This document shows positions 34,901-49,071 of a stretch of 64,000 nucleotides of DNA, piece after piece. The position numbers and the translations under genes are program-made. This stretch comes from Cenococcum geophilum (Eukaryota): positions 3,224,001 through 3,288,000 of the forward strand of contig CP158635.1 in NCBI GenBank assembly GCA_050273025.1, written 5' to 3'. The notes beneath the pieces were generated by a model that was not told the origin of the DNA, did no database searches, and saw nothing but the letters and a program-made list of their open reading frames with translations. How positions within the stretch are numbered: the stretch's first letter is position 1; each line of letters begins with the position of its first letter.

Positions 34901-37049
34901 TTTATTTATAAGATATTACCTAGGCCTATACCTAATTAGAGATACGCCTTTAGCGCTTAATACTAGCATACCTTCTAGAGTAAATTCGCCACTAATATCC
35001 CGAAGATATAATTATAGTTATACTTAAGCCACTATATAGAATTATAGAGGTAGGAACTTATTAGTAGGCTACTTATAGTAAGCACTATAAAGAAAAGCTT
35101 TTAATAACTACTTCTATATTTAATCCCTACTTCCTTATTATAGCTATAGGAACTCTATTTAGAATTGTCGGCATATAAACGGATAATATAATTATCTTAG
35201 GAGACGACTAATTCTTAGCTCTTAAAGAAGATAAGCTAGTAAAGGCAAACCTTATAGTAAAGCTAAAGGAAAGACTTAATTTAACAATACTATTACTCTT
35301 TAATAGATATATTATTTCCCTAAACAAGGATTCTATTGCCCTATGCCAGAAAGGTTAAGGCAAGAAGATTAACGTTATTAATATTAATTCTCTAAAGTAA
35401 GGATATATGGAGTAATACGCTCGCGGAGCTTATATAGCTTCTATTTATTAACCTAAAGCTTCCTTTAATCTCTCTATTGCCGCCTAACACTAGGAACTAA
35501 CTAAGGATAATGTTTTTAACCTAAATAAGCGTTTTTCCTGGTAAATAAACTATCTTAATTAGGGACTACTCTACGTACCTATTAATCTTCCTACCGCCAA
35601 GCTATTTGTGTTTGTTAATAGATCGTTCGCAAATAATAAAGATTTTAGCTCTTAGCTAGGATATAAGATTATTATAGCAAATAAATCTACCGGAGAGAAT
35701 AACTTTATAATCCATAGTAATCTTATCTATTAGAGCTTAACTAAGAATAAACGCGTTACTTAAAGCGTTCTAGCGTTAGAGATATATAGAATGGTTAGTG
35801 GAGTTAATATAGTAATTGCAATTAGAACTACCCTTAAGATAATTATAGATCGACTTAAATTTCCTATTATCCCTATAATTGTGTGCACCGACTTATATTC
35901 CCTTTATAAGTATTTAGTTAAGCTTAATACCACAAAGGAGAAGCGCCTTATAATTAATATTATAGCACTTTAGTAGTCCTATAAGTATTAAGAACTCTTT
36001 AAGATCCGATAGATTAATAGCTAAGATAACCCGGTAGATATAATAATAAAGGTAAACCTAAATAAGGCACTAGAGATGTTTGTTAATATAAATACTCTAT
36101 ATATACGAGTTAAAGGTTGGGTTAAAAGGGAAATTTAAAGAAGTTAAGATCTTATAGAACTTTAACTACTAGTTAAAGTTATCTAATTAGTTAGATTCTT
36201 ACTAAGAGCGCCACGCCTAATTAATTTGGGTGGCGGTATAGAGTTCTGCTAACGCTATTTATTAAGCTAGCTAATTAGGATTTTTTATCCCTGGGATAGA
36301 AAATTGCTATTAGCTCGGCTAAGAGCGGTAAGTGGAACTAACATCTTCGCACGAACCCATATATCTACCTATACTACCTTTTTCCCTTTATTTCTTCTTC
36401 TTCTTTTCCTTAGCTTTGTATCTTTATATAGTAGCAATCTATAAGTATATATAGATGGCAACTATAAAAGAAGAGTTACTAGTGTTGGGAATAAGGTAAG
36501 CGGTTGTTACGTATCGTCACGTGTCACCGCGGCACTAGTATAGTGAGGAACCTTAGGTTCCTCACCCACCCCCTAATTCTAAACAATAAGCTTTACAACT
36601 AACATTTACTATGTCTACTTAAGTAGTATTAGTGAGTTACCCTATAACACTAATAATAGGGATAGCTACTAAAAAGTAGTTAATAATAGTAGAATTATTA
36701 GAAGGAGATAACTCCTATTAGGCTCTTAATAGATAGATAATAAAAAGTAAAAAGATAGAAATAAATTATAAAAGGAAAGGGAAAGGTGTTAGGATTTTAT
36801 ATTTCTTATAATCTTTTCTACTATTTTCTTATTACCTAATAGTTATAGTAACTTAGTATTTTTTTTTTTACTAAGGAGCTGTAAACCCCTAGTATATAGG
36901 GGTTTATAAACTATTAGGATATAGTTGTTAGTATATATTAAGTTGCCTAGGAAGGATTTATATATATAAAGCTATAGCGCTATAGCCTAGAGGCTATATA
37001 TATAGTATTATATATAGTATAATATAATAGATATAAAAAATAAAAAAAA
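28970..37049 (+). mobile_element. 5'-truncated LINE D (RT C-terminus + RNase H, A-rich tail), interrupted by copia 1
   Basis: De-RIPped motifs ISFDISKTELIHF, VRYLGVFLDSKL.FK.H, and RNase H YYTDGS, IF.DGQ.AI, WVPSH..I..NE.ADKLAK. Flanked by duplicated ctagc(g/t)aaga. Confidence 0.75.
30567..36655 (+). mobile_element. Full-length Ty1/copia LTR retrotransposon (GalEa-like), copy 1; LTRs 30567-30739 and 36483-36655 (173 bp); TSD ATAGG
   Basis: Paired LTRs and a 5-bp TSD. Domain order is PR (DT.AAGVST), IN (H..F.H, KSPSRFKFTLKD, AVKAIND.A.PDGLVP.LLVF), RT (KSRLVIQGYND, LKPLY), RNase H (FVD.SFANNKD.SSQLG, KRVT.SVLA.E, CTDS.SLY, DNP.D). All frames are broken by RIP stops. Confidence 0.93.
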
Positions 37050-40000
37050 CCTAGCTAAGATAGTTACTAAAATACGTAATACTATTATGCCCCTTATATA
37101 CTAACTAAGAAGTAATACTCTTAGTAGCTAGTATAGAGAACTATAATATACTACTCTTAATATAAAAATGTCTTAAGGTAGTTACTTAGTAGTTTATTAG
37201 CTAAAATATACTAGACTAGTTCTAGGTTATAAAGGAAATAGTAATAAAAGGTAAAGGGGGAGTAATAGGTGCCTCCTAACAACTCTATAGTAGTAGAGTA
37301 AAGTTTATAATACTGGCGCATCTATAGGCTTATTAGAGTAGTAGTAGTTCCTAAAAAGGTTAAAAAGTAAGGTAGTAGAGTACTATAGGTAAGTTGTAGG
37401 CGCTTTATAGGTACTGAGTAGGTAAGTCCTAAAAGGTAGGGAGATAGATTATAGGGTTTTCTTAAATAGAGTTTTCTCCCTATATATAAGAAGTAGTCTA
37501 TATAGGCCTAATAGAGATATAAATTAGACTTTAAGTAATAAATTATTATTATTATATCCCTTCTAATAAATATAGTACTTAGTATTCCCCTTATAGGTTT
37601 ATAAACTATTATTTCTTTATCTTTTACTTATTGTTACTATTAATTTAGGTTAATACTAGGAGTAGGTTAATATAACCTAATAAAGAGTCTATAGTGGCCT
37701 TTTATAGCTTATTTAGTAATAAAATAAGTTATACCTTAATTAAATCTAGGAGTTTAATCTTATATAAACTGCCTACTTTATTAAATATCTTATATAATCT
37801 TAATATCTAATAGTCTAGCTTTTAGCTAAACCGTTTTATTTTTTAGTTTTTTATTATAACCTAGACTATGTTACTCTATTAGTTTCTTTTTCTATATTTA
37901 TATAGGCTACTTTTTAAGCCTTTTCTAAGTATTTAGTATACTACTAGGTCTTTTTATAATATAGTCTTTTATATATAGTTTATAGCCCTTCTAGTCTATT
38001 TTAGTTAAGGCCTATATATAGTAAATACTCTATTTCTAGCTAAATAGGTATAAATTTTATAGAGTTATAAAGTAGAGTTACTTAAGTATAGTTTATTAGG
38101 GGTAGTATAAGGAGATATTATAGTTAGGGGGCTATAAGGTATAATTATAAGAATAAGATAGGTTATAGAGGAGATAAGTCCTTAAGAAGGTAAGGTCTCT
38201 AGGATTATAGAGATTATATATTATAGGTATATACCTCTAGTATATAACTGATAACTATTTAAGAGGTATCTAGGGGTTACTCTAAGGGTATTTTAAGGTA
38301 ACTATAATAATATCCCTTATAGGTAGTAATTTAGCCTAGGTATTTTAGAAGTAGTTAATAAAGAGCTAAAGTCTCTAATTTAAGTACTAATTTATAATCT
38401 CTATCTAACTATTTATTTAAGGATAGTATACTATAAAACAATTTGGCTTAATATTTAAGATTTAAGTAAGCCTATTCTAAAGGGCTAATATTAACTATAG
38501 CCTATGATTAGATATAATAGTATTTAGTAGTTTATAAATTTAGTAGATATAGTAGATATATTATTAGGCTACCTCTTTAGTATTAATATTTTTATAGTAA
38601 GGGATTAAAAATAGACGTTTAGTAAAGCAGTTAACTAGGATTATTAACCCAAGGTATAAGTAGTCTATACTTTTAGGTATTCTAATTTTTAAACTTCTGC
38701 TAAGCCTATTTCTAATTAGTTAGAAAATTTTTTATAGATAGTAAGTTATAGCAGAATCTATATTATAAATATTAAAATATTTTAGTATTATATTAGGTAA
38801 AACCTAAGTAGATAGTTATATAGCCGTAAGGTACGGGCGACCCTAGGGCAACCTAGGAGTGACTCGCCCGTAAGGCACGTGCTCTACATATACCTAAGGA
38901 AAACCCTTCCTACCTTGTATATAGACTCTTCCTTTTCCCCTAAGGATTTGTCTCTGTCTATATAATATACCTATTATTCTATTATTAGACTCCCTATCTA
39001 TATTCTTACCTTACATTTAAATCCTTACCAATCCCCTTAGGAGGATAGCCGGTTTAATTTTTCTATAATGCCTCTGAAAAGAAAACTAACGCCTACACCT
39101 AACGGTAATATACTAGCAATATAACTATAAAACGCCTTAGGATCTAATGTAGATAAAACCGCTAGAAGTATACTAATAGCATCTAAGCCATTTTCTAAAT
39201 CTTAAAACGATTAGATATCTACGAATGCTAAAGACTAGTTTAACTTATATACCTAGGCTTAACAGGAGCTTAGTAAGGTTACTAGCGTCCTACCTAATAC
39301 CGCTAATATAAAGGAGCTAGATAAGCTAGCTAAGAAAATAGCTAACTTATAAAGCATTATTAATTTAATAAAGCCCTCCTATTACCTTTCTAGTAAAGAG
39401 TATAAGTTATATAGCGAACGCATACGCTAAATAAATCTTAACGCCCTAGTTAAGAAGTTACTACCTAATATTAGCGGTACTACTTAATAGTATTTTAACC
39501 GGTAAATCGCCGCAGTTAAGAACCGATTTAAGGTTAATAACGCTAACTACAACTATAAGTAATGTACGCGTTAGGCCATTAAAGGTCTTATAAAAGAGAA
39601 GATAATTACCTAACTAGTTTATTGCCGGTTAGGCACTAAAGATAAGGGTCCTTTACTATAAAATGAATTTAAGACTATAGTCTAAGACTAGATTAGGAAC
39701 CCTATAGTAAGACGCTTTAATAACGCTATAATATACTATATAGCTATTATAAAGGAGAACTAGAGGTTTAATATCTTCCTAGCCCGTATATATAGCTTAG
39801 AGGACCTCTTCTTATATACCCCTTTTGTTAATCCTAAACAATAGGTAGACTTTTAGTTCTTATATCTCCTAGCCTACCTATAAGTAGAGCTCTTCCGCTA
39901 GAACTTCGCCTAATAGGTAAGAACCGCTAAAGACCTCTTTAACAAAATCCGCCGTATAGAGTAATTGCTTAATACTATAAAGCTCGCAAAAGATCGCGTA

Positions 40001-41118
40001 AGTAGTAGCGGCAAATTATCGCGTATAAAGCGCGGCCGCAGTATAGGCTTTATAGAGTTAGGCTTAGGGAATAGAACCTAAAAAGGGCAACGCTTTTCTA
40101 AGTAAACTCCTAGGGAGATTACCTAAAAGCTAAATAGCTTAGGGGACCCCCTAGACACTAGTGCTACGCAGGCGAGTTAAAGGACCGTAGGCGGCCACTA
40201 TAAGGAACACTAGAAGTAGGCTAATAAAGAGAAGTTAGCTTAAGCTTCGGAAAACCTAAAGCCCTAGTAGTGTACCTCTCTTAACTATAACTAGGGCCTA
40301 ATATAGAGGGAGAGAAGAAACGCATTATAGTATACATTGTAATAGATATGCCCTAGGGCGAAGTCTACCTACGTACTTTATATAATAATAGGTGCTAAAT
40401 TAACCTTATTAATTAAGATATCGTCTATAGGTTTAACCTGCCTATACGCTACGCGCTATATTTATATAAACCTATTATACATTTCCTTAATAGCAACTAG
40501 ATAATAATCTAGAATGCTTATAATCTAATAGTTACCACTAGCGACTTCTAGAGTACCTCTCGCACTATTAGCCCACAGACCTTTTAGGGCGGCTTATTTA
40601 ATAGTTATAATATAGTTCTTAGATAGGATTAGCTTGCGAAAGTAGATCTATTAATTAGCTTTTATTCTAGATAGTTTATTTAGGGTACTTTAGACCCTAA
40701 ACGCCTCTAAATAGTCACCCTTAACGCTCTCCTAGCAGATATTAAGGCTGGCGAAATAGTCTATTTGCTATAGCTAGAAGACTCCTTCTCTACGCCAGTC
40801 ATAAATATAATAGAGGACCTATTATTACTGGCAGTAAGTACCCGTATAGACCCTCTGGACGTAGAGATACCGGTTATAAACATAGTAGAGGACCTACTAT
40901 TACTGGTAGCGAGTACCTGTGGAGACCCTCCGGTACTAGCGCAGATCACCTATATATAAGGGGGAGGTAATTAAAACCCTAAAACTATTAAGTATACTGC
41001 AGTAGAGCTATATATACTCTTAGTGCGAGCATACCTATAAAACGCATATTGGCTATACCCTTCTCTTTACTAGCTCCTAAAAGCACACTACTATATAATA
41101 ATTGCTTTAACCTCTATG

Positions 41119-44100
41119 TGTTACGGACGCTTTAAGTATAATATTACGATTACTTAGAGAAGAGACGGAAGAAGCTAGTTGGTTAATTTAGGTATGGTCC
41201 AAAATAGAGCCGATAGAACTATATAATGAGGAATGGTAACTAAAGTCACATAATATACTACGTGTTGAATAAGAGGAATAAGAGGAACTCACGTACCTCG
41301 CGTATAAGACGTATATTATGTATAAGAAAGGATTTTATAGGAGTACGGTTGTGTATTTAAGGACCCTTAGTCCCTACCTAGATAGTTCCTTCCTTATAGT
41401 AATTCTTAGAATACAATTAGAGTTAATCTATTAGGCAACCACTCTACTAGTTATTATTACGTTATTAACTTTTATACTTACATTTCTTATACACCTAGCC
41501 CAATAATAAGCCTACCGTAGTTCTTGCTACAAGGTTCCGTTATATAATTACTACCTAGTTATGGTATTAATATAAGAAGTTAAATAACATGCTACTAAAA
41601 GCAGCTACTATAACGCCATTAACGGCAGCGACTACTTTAAGGATAGAAGGTAATACTAGTATAGCAGATACTAACTTATAGCAACCTATGACGGTTAGAC
41701 AGCTATAGGAGGTAGTTAACTAGCTAATAGCTAATAATATAGTGTTAGAAGAAAGACTTAACGGAATAGGGGTAGCAAAGATTAAGCTATTATTAATTAA
41801 GAGATTTGCAGGAGAAAGGTTAAAGCTTAAAGGATTTCTTACGTAGATGCACTTTAAGGTCTTATAGAAGGGAGTAAAGTTACTTATACCTGTGGATCGG
41901 ATAGCCTATACAGGACTATTCTTATTAGGAAAAGCACTTAAGTAGTTTAAACCTTACCTTATAGAGATATAGGCGAATGGAATAACAACCACTAACTAAG
42001 ACGTGCGATTTATATTCTTAAGTTAGGAAGGATTTATAGAATAACTTACGCAGATATTTGGAGACCTAAAAAAAATAACTATAGCGGAAAGAAAACTCCA
42101 GAACCTTATATAACGAACTTTAGCAATTAAGTATATAACACAGTTCTAGACACTAGTAATAAGAGTAGAGTGGAATAATAGGGCGCTTATAGTATAGTAT
42201 AAACAGGGACTTAAGGCTAAAGTTTAGGATGTAATTATCCTAATAGAAGATATGGATACCCTAAGGGAACTAATAGATTAGGCGATTAAGATTAATAATT
42301 AGATCTACTAAAGGGAATAGGCTAAAAAGGGCTAGGATAGAGTTCTATAGTTATATAAGGCGCAAAGTACGCAATAATAAAAGCTAAGTTAGAAACTATG
42401 GTATAGCGCAAAGCTAATAGACCTAAGTGGTACTAAAAAAGCCTATAAAAAATAGAGTAAACTATAGAAACCTAGAGGACAGGGATTAAGTAATTAAAGG
42501 TTTAAGGAGCAAAGGCTAAATCAGGGATCTTAACAGCAGAAGACATTCAGGCGGACTCTATAGTAAGAGAAATGGTTTAAAGAAGGAGCTTACATAAATT
42601 ACGGAAAATAGGGTCATTATGTTAGAGACTGTAGAGGTAGGCAGAGTTACTATATAGTAAGGGGTATGAGACTAGTAGGCGACATATATGTATAAAGGGA
42701 TAATAATATGCTGCGAGGAACAAAAGAATATTTAATTAAAAGTTTTGCGTTTTATTATAATAACACATACTAAATTTATAAGGACGCTAAGTATGGCGCA
42801 AGCTATTAGCTATAAGAGCCAGCACCTATAGGATATAGAGGAACTAATAAACCAGTTTATAGATCGGATATTAAGGACAATAAATTTAACCTAAGTAAAA
42901 TATTCCATAATGATAAGGCAATAAGGGCCGCTTACTAGGAGTAAGTAGACCTTAAAGATGTTATACTAGAAGTAGAGGATAATTCTACTACAGAATAAGG
43001 AATATTAGTAGGGATTAAGACCCCACTAGATACGATGTCTATTACTTTGTAAAATGTAAGAGAAGTAGGATAATAAACCACTTCGGCACTTAATAAAGGC
43101 AAAAGGCTAAAGGCTTAAGATTCTTAAGATAAGATAAAAGACGACTAAGATTTTTAAGGCGAGATAAGGTATACCCAAGGACCTATAATGGATGAAAACC
43201 GATAGAGTAGGGCGGTAGCTTAGTTTAGAAATATACGAATAAGCTTGGGATAGAGTTTCCCGCAGGTATAAGACTCTTAAGATAAAATAAGTAAGATTTA
43301 AGAATCTCAAGACGAGATAAGAACACTATGGATACCTAGTTGGACTAAGGCGGAAACTAAGCTTAAGTTAGAAGCAAGCTTAGGATTAAAGAATCTAAGG
43401 GGCTAAGATTTCAGAATACGAATAAGGACACCTATAGGTAAAAGGCAAGGAGCTTCTTTATAGATTAGAGAATCTGTAATATAAATAGCAGCTAGACTAG
43501 GAGACAGATATATAGACCTAAAAAACTTACTAGGGGAATGCAGTATTTAGCCTAAAAATTAAAAGTTTAATACTAAGATTAAGAAGCAAGATAACTTTAA
43601 GAATTAGAGCGTAAGGCGCAAACCAAAAGAAACTATAGAAGAGTTTAGATAAAGAATTATCGCATAGTAAGAATAGAAACTAAATAAGAAATCTAGTATA
43701 TTGGGACGTATAAAGGATAGAGTACTAGTATAAAGAATTACTAATAGGCCGAGAGTAGGTATACTAAGAGCCAAGTGGCTTACTGAACTGGAAAATAAAG
43801 AGAATTTAGGGATTCTAACTAGGTTTAAAGAACGATATATAAAGGGCTATTATAATGCAGTAGTAAGAAGATACTTCCTTACGGATAGACCGTATATACT
43901 CCAGCAGCTATACTAAAAGTGGTATAGGTAAAGACATAATAATAAGTAGGAAGATTTCTACATATAGTTAGACAAAAAAGTTATCTAAAACTACCTAATT
44001 ATGGAAAAGGCTATAACATATATTAAAGGAGCCTTAATTATAACGTTAAAGGATCTAGAGGAACATTTAGGGGATTAAAGAAGCGAGAGACGCATCTTAG

Positions 44101-47100
44101 TACCTGCGAATAAAGTCGCAACGTTTAGATCAGTATAATAAAGGTTTAAACTTAGGGATGAAGACGAGCTAAGAGTTAACCCAAAGTACCTAGCATACTA
44201 TACGTTATTATAGATTGCGTATATGGACAATATATATAAAATGCATAAGAATCCAAAGGAAAAGAATTGGAAATACCCTATGAGAATATACTAGATAACG
44301 GACAAGCAATAGTACAGAAATGCTAAATATATATATAGATAGCATCCAGCAGAGGTCTAAGAGGAAGAAAGTTTAGTACTTTAACTAGGAAGATTTCTTA
44401 TAGAAGAATACTTAGACGGATAACAGTAGTGGGAATGCCCAAAAAATATATATTTATGGTATATTAAAGACAAAAAGCGAACTAGGTATTAGCTAAAAAG
44501 TAAGCTAAATGCACTAGGATTAAGCAGCTAATAGTTAGGAAAAGTGGAGGCCTATAGGACCAGAGGGAGCCAATAGTAGAGCCTTAGACCCTTAAAGGAA
44601 TTTAAGGACAACACCTAAACTTATAAATTAATTGGCAAGATTAGCAGTTTAAAGCGCTAATAGATAGTAGAGTAACGCGAAACTATATCTTACTAGCAGC
44701 AGTTAAAAGAATAGGACTACCTTACAAACAAAGGGAGTAACCTTACCCATTAGTTACAATTTTAGGGGATCTAATAACCTATAGAAAAGGGATTATTAAT
44801 CTTAAAACAGGACCTATTTAGATAACTATTAAAGGAAGACTAATTAAGATGTTTTTTAATATCCTACTATTAGGACAGGACGAGGCAGTATTAGGTATAT
44901 CTTAGTTATAGGAATATAATCTAAGGATTAATTAGATTACAGGTTAGGTCGTTATTAGAGATACTTAATACTATAAGACGTAATAATAAGCTAAGTTGGT
45001 ATAGTACCAAGTAGGAGCAACCTATAAAGAAATAAAAAAGGGACTAAGTTATATACTAAAGAGATACCATAAGTATAGCAAAAAACTATAGTTACCGGAA
45101 AGTAAAAAGCTATTAGAATATATAGTATGGGACTATAAAATAGAGTTAGAACCAGGAATAAGTCTAAAGTTCTTTCCAATCTATAAGCTTACTAAAGAAG
45201 AAGGTAGAGCATTAAAAGAGTTTATCTAGGAAAATCTATAAAAAGGATATATTAGACCATCGCAGTTATTAGCAGGTTATTCAGTACTATTCATACTAAA
45301 GAAAAATAGCAAACTAAGGCTATATATTAATTACAAATAGTTAAACAGTATTACTAGGAAGAATAGGTATTCTTTACCCTTAATTAGCGAAATCTAAAAT
45401 AGGATAGGCAATGCGCAAATCTTTATAAAAATAGATCTAAGATAGGCGTACCATCAGATTAGGATTAAGGAAGGCGACGAATAGAAGGCAGCCTTTAGGT
45501 CAAAGGAAGGACTATATAAGCCATTAGTTATACAATTCAGGCTTATAAACGCACTAGCAACGTTCTAGAAGCGTATTAACAATATATTAGGAGAACACTT
45601 AGATGAATTTATTATGGTATATCTTAATAATATTATTATCTACTTAATAACTAAGGAGGAACACAGAGAACACGTCAAATAGGTCTTAAAGAGACTATAA
45701 AAAGAACAGATGCCAGTAGCAATTAAGAAATGCGAGTTCTTTACCAGGAAGACCAATTTCGTTAGATTTATTATTAAACTAGGCTAATTTAGCATAGATC
45801 TAAAGAAGATCGAAGCTATAGTAAATTAGCAGGAACTAGAGAACATTATATAGTTAAGATTATTCCTAGGATTTTACAATTACTGCAGAAGGTTTATAGC
45901 GTAGTAGTTAAAGGACATTAAACCATTTACGCGGTTAATAAAGAAAGAAGAACTATAGGTATAGGGAGAGGAGCAAAGAGAACTCTTTAAGAGAGTTAAA
46001 GAGTTGTTTACCTAAGAGCCAGTTCTTAAGATCTATTAACTAGGACTAGAGACGGTTATAGAAACAAATATATTAGACTATACACTAGGAGCATACTTTA
46101 TATAAAGGCATTAAAATAGATAGCATCTAGTAGCATACTATAGTCGGAAGATAACACTACTAGAGTTAAACTATGACATTTACAACAAGGAGTTATTAGG
46201 TATAGTTATAGTATTAAAGGAATAGAGAGCATTCTTATAAGGTATAGAAAAACTATTTATAATTAAAACGGATTATAAGAACCTAACAGGATTCCTAACA
46301 ATAAAGGAACTTAACTAAAGATAGGTTAGATAGGCAGAGATACTTATAGAATACTATTTCGAGATTTAGTATACCAAAGGTACAGATAATATAAGGGCAG
46401 ATGCTCTAAGCCGCAAAGCTAAACTACAAAATGAGGAAAAGCTATTAGGGGCTTTATTGCAAAAAGATACAGACGGATTAATTAGGTACAATTATCCAAA
46501 AATCGCAGCAACTTAAGAAGACGACGAACTAGAGAAAGTCTACGAGACACTAGAAAGCTTTTAGGCATAAAGAATTCTAAAAGCATAGCTAGAAGATCCA
46601 TAGATGGATATATACGAAAATTAAGAAGTAAAGTACATCCTAAAAAGCATAGCAGAGTAGTTTATAGAGGACTTCTATAAGGGGCTAACTTAAGGACATA
46701 ATAGAGCCATAGGCTTAGTGTTAAGACTCTAGGAGGAGTATATTATTAATAGAATCTAGAGGATAGCTAGAAGGGTTATTAAAGAGTATCTAAATTGCTA
46801 AAGAAATAAACTAATAAGACATAAGCTATATAGAGGGCTATAACCTATTAAAATACTAAAGAGACTATAGGAGGTTATATTATGGGACTTTATTATTAAG
46901 TTACCAAAATTAAAGGATCCTATTACCGGACAAGATTATAACGCGATCTTAATAATAGTAGATAAGCTTATAAAGTGGGGATACTTTATAGCATATACAG
47001 AAGAAATCTTAGCGGAGGATATCGCTAGAATCTACGTTAAAGAAGTATTTACAAGATATAGAGTACTAAGTAAGATTATATTAGATAGAGATTTAAGATT

Positions 47101-49071
47101 TATAGCAGCATTTTAGGAAGTGTTCTTAGCGGAGCAAGGAGTTTAAGTAGCAACTTCCACCGCATATTATCTATAGATAGACGGTTAAATAGAAAGACTA
47201 AACCAGACACTAGAACAATATCTAAGGCATTATATTAATCATACACAGAATAATTAGGTATCGCTATTACTAGTTATATAATTTGCATATAATACAACAC
47301 CCTAAAAAGGAATAGGCATATTACTATTTAAGGCAAACTATAGATATAAGCTAAGAATATCGTTATTACTACGGTAAGCGAAGAAAACAAGTAGTACAGC
47401 CAAAGAAAGAATAAAGGATTTAATAGATCTTTATGCAGACCTTATAGAGACAGCTAAGGTAGTACAATAGAGAATAAAAAAGTACTATAATGCTAGGAGA
47501 TCTAAGGGACCAGATCTTAAGGAGGGAGATAAAGTGTGGCTACTATATAAAAATTTCAAAAGTTAACGACTAAGTAAGAAATTAGACCACGTTAGACTAG
47601 GACCTTTTAAAATTATATAGAGGATTTCACCGGTTATATTTAAGTTAAACCTACCAGCCAAAATAAAGATTTACCCTATATAGTATATCGCAATGCTAGA
47701 GCCAGTATACGGAAATGTTAAGCCACTAGGCTATAAGGCAGACACATATAGAGGATAAGAAGAAGACAAATAGTAAGTTTTAAAGATCGTTAATTACAAG
47801 GATATTAACAACGAAATATGGTATAAGGTTAAGTAGATAGGCTATACTAAAACTACCTAGGAGCTATTAGAGAATTTAAAGAATACTATAAGAAAGGTAT
47901 AGGAGTATTAGAAGAGATTAGGTTAGGCAGTATTAATAAAAAAGGATTACTAAAGAATAAGTTACCTAAGGGGGACCCAAGAAGAACAGTTGCCGAACTA
48001 CTTAAATCTATTTCCTTCTCTATTAGAGGAGAATCCATTCTTTTATTACCTAGTTCCTGCAAGCCTTATTTTATAAGTTTCTACTTCTTAAAATAAACCT
48101 TCTTATAAACCTTCTTAAGACGAAGCAGATAAGCAGACGCCACAATTTAAGCATTTAAGGCCTTCTATTCCGCGTTATAGGAACGTTCTAACTTAACAAG
48201 GGCTTATAACAGTTTACCATCTAGCCGCGTAGTAGTAGATTAAATATAAGACCCTAAGACAAATTAATTAGGGAACTAGACGACTATTAAGAGTAATAGG
48301 TCGCGTATACTTAGTATTAGAAGTAGAGCAAACGTTATAGGATAAATAAATATTCGCTTTAGTACACTTTAAGTAAGAGGACGGTTATTATAAAGATGGG
48401 TTTACTAACGCAATATAAACCAACCCCTCTTTTAAACAACGAGAGCATAGAGACAGCATAATCTTATTAAGAGATAATATTACAGCAATAGTGCGAGCAC
48501 GACATTAAGCGTGTAAAGAAGAAATTGCTTTAGGCATAATAAGTGATAATATTAACTAAATTAATTAAACGGATATTATACCTCTAGTAAACAACTTAGA
48601 GATATTTCAAATCTTTAAGGATAAAGATAAAAAGGAGGGAGATGGTATTACGGACGCTTTAAGTATAATATTATAACTACTTAGAGAAGAGATAGAAGAA
48701 GCTAGTTAGTTAATTTAGGCACGGTCCAGAATAGAGCTAATAGAACTATATAACGAGGAATAGTAACCAAAGTTATATAATATGCTATGTGTTAAACAAG
48801 AGGAACGAAAGGAACTTACATACCTCGCGTATAAGACGTACATCACGTATAAGAAAGGATTTCATAGGAGTACGGTTGTGTATTTAAGGACCCTTAGTCC
48901 CTACCTAGATAGTTCCTTCCTTATAGTGATTCTTAGAATACAATTAGAGTTAATCTGTTAGGCAACTACTCCACTAGTTGTTATTACGTTGTTGACTTTT
49001 GTACTTGCATTTCCTACACACCTAGCCCAATAACGAGCCTACCGTAGTTCTTACTATAAGGTTCCGTTACA
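41119..49071 (+). mobile_element. Full-length Ty3/gypsy chromovirus Y nested in gypsy X; LTRs 41119-41544 and 48646-49071 (426 bp); TSD CTATG
   Basis: Paired LTRs, TSD and PPT aaaaaggagggagatgg. Gag with a CCHC knuckle near 42590; PR ALIDS near 44655; RT YLDDIIIY near 45620; RNase H NYDIYDKELL; integrase WDFI.KLPKSKDP and STAYHPQTDGQ.ERLNQTLEQYLR; chromodomain near 47800. Confidence 0.93.
48000..48537 (-). pseudogene. RIP-degraded antisense ORF inside gypsy Y (Cys-rich zinc-cluster-like N-terminus plus coiled coil)
   Basis: ATG at 48537 (MPKAISS). De-RIPped reading CSRC.KEGLVC..LANPS...PSSC.EC.KAN....CDV, then LLRL.K......KQKL...GLQEL. Confidence 0.55.

Larger units (their letters stand above)
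28713..37551 (+). mobile_element. 5'-truncated LINE copy E (LINE B family; pieces 28713-28962 and 37051-37551), hosting LINE D
   Basis: Matches LINE B from ~20765 to the tail. 16-bp TSD ttatatcc(t/c)ttctaat at 28697-28712 and 37552-37567. Confidence 0.8.
28200..38650 (-). mobile_element. Gypsy/chromovirus remnant (integrase, chromodomain, PPT and 3' LTR ~28200-28467), split by LINE E and its nested inserts
   Basis: De-RIPped minus-strand motifs ILVDRFTK, ISD.GPQF and AYHPQTNGQTEI (38350-38640). The chromodomain ..KY..HWKGYD joins across the LINE E site to ..DPTW...WNF..SPHKL (37600 / 28690). An LTR start TGT follows aagggag at 28467. Confidence 0.65.
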
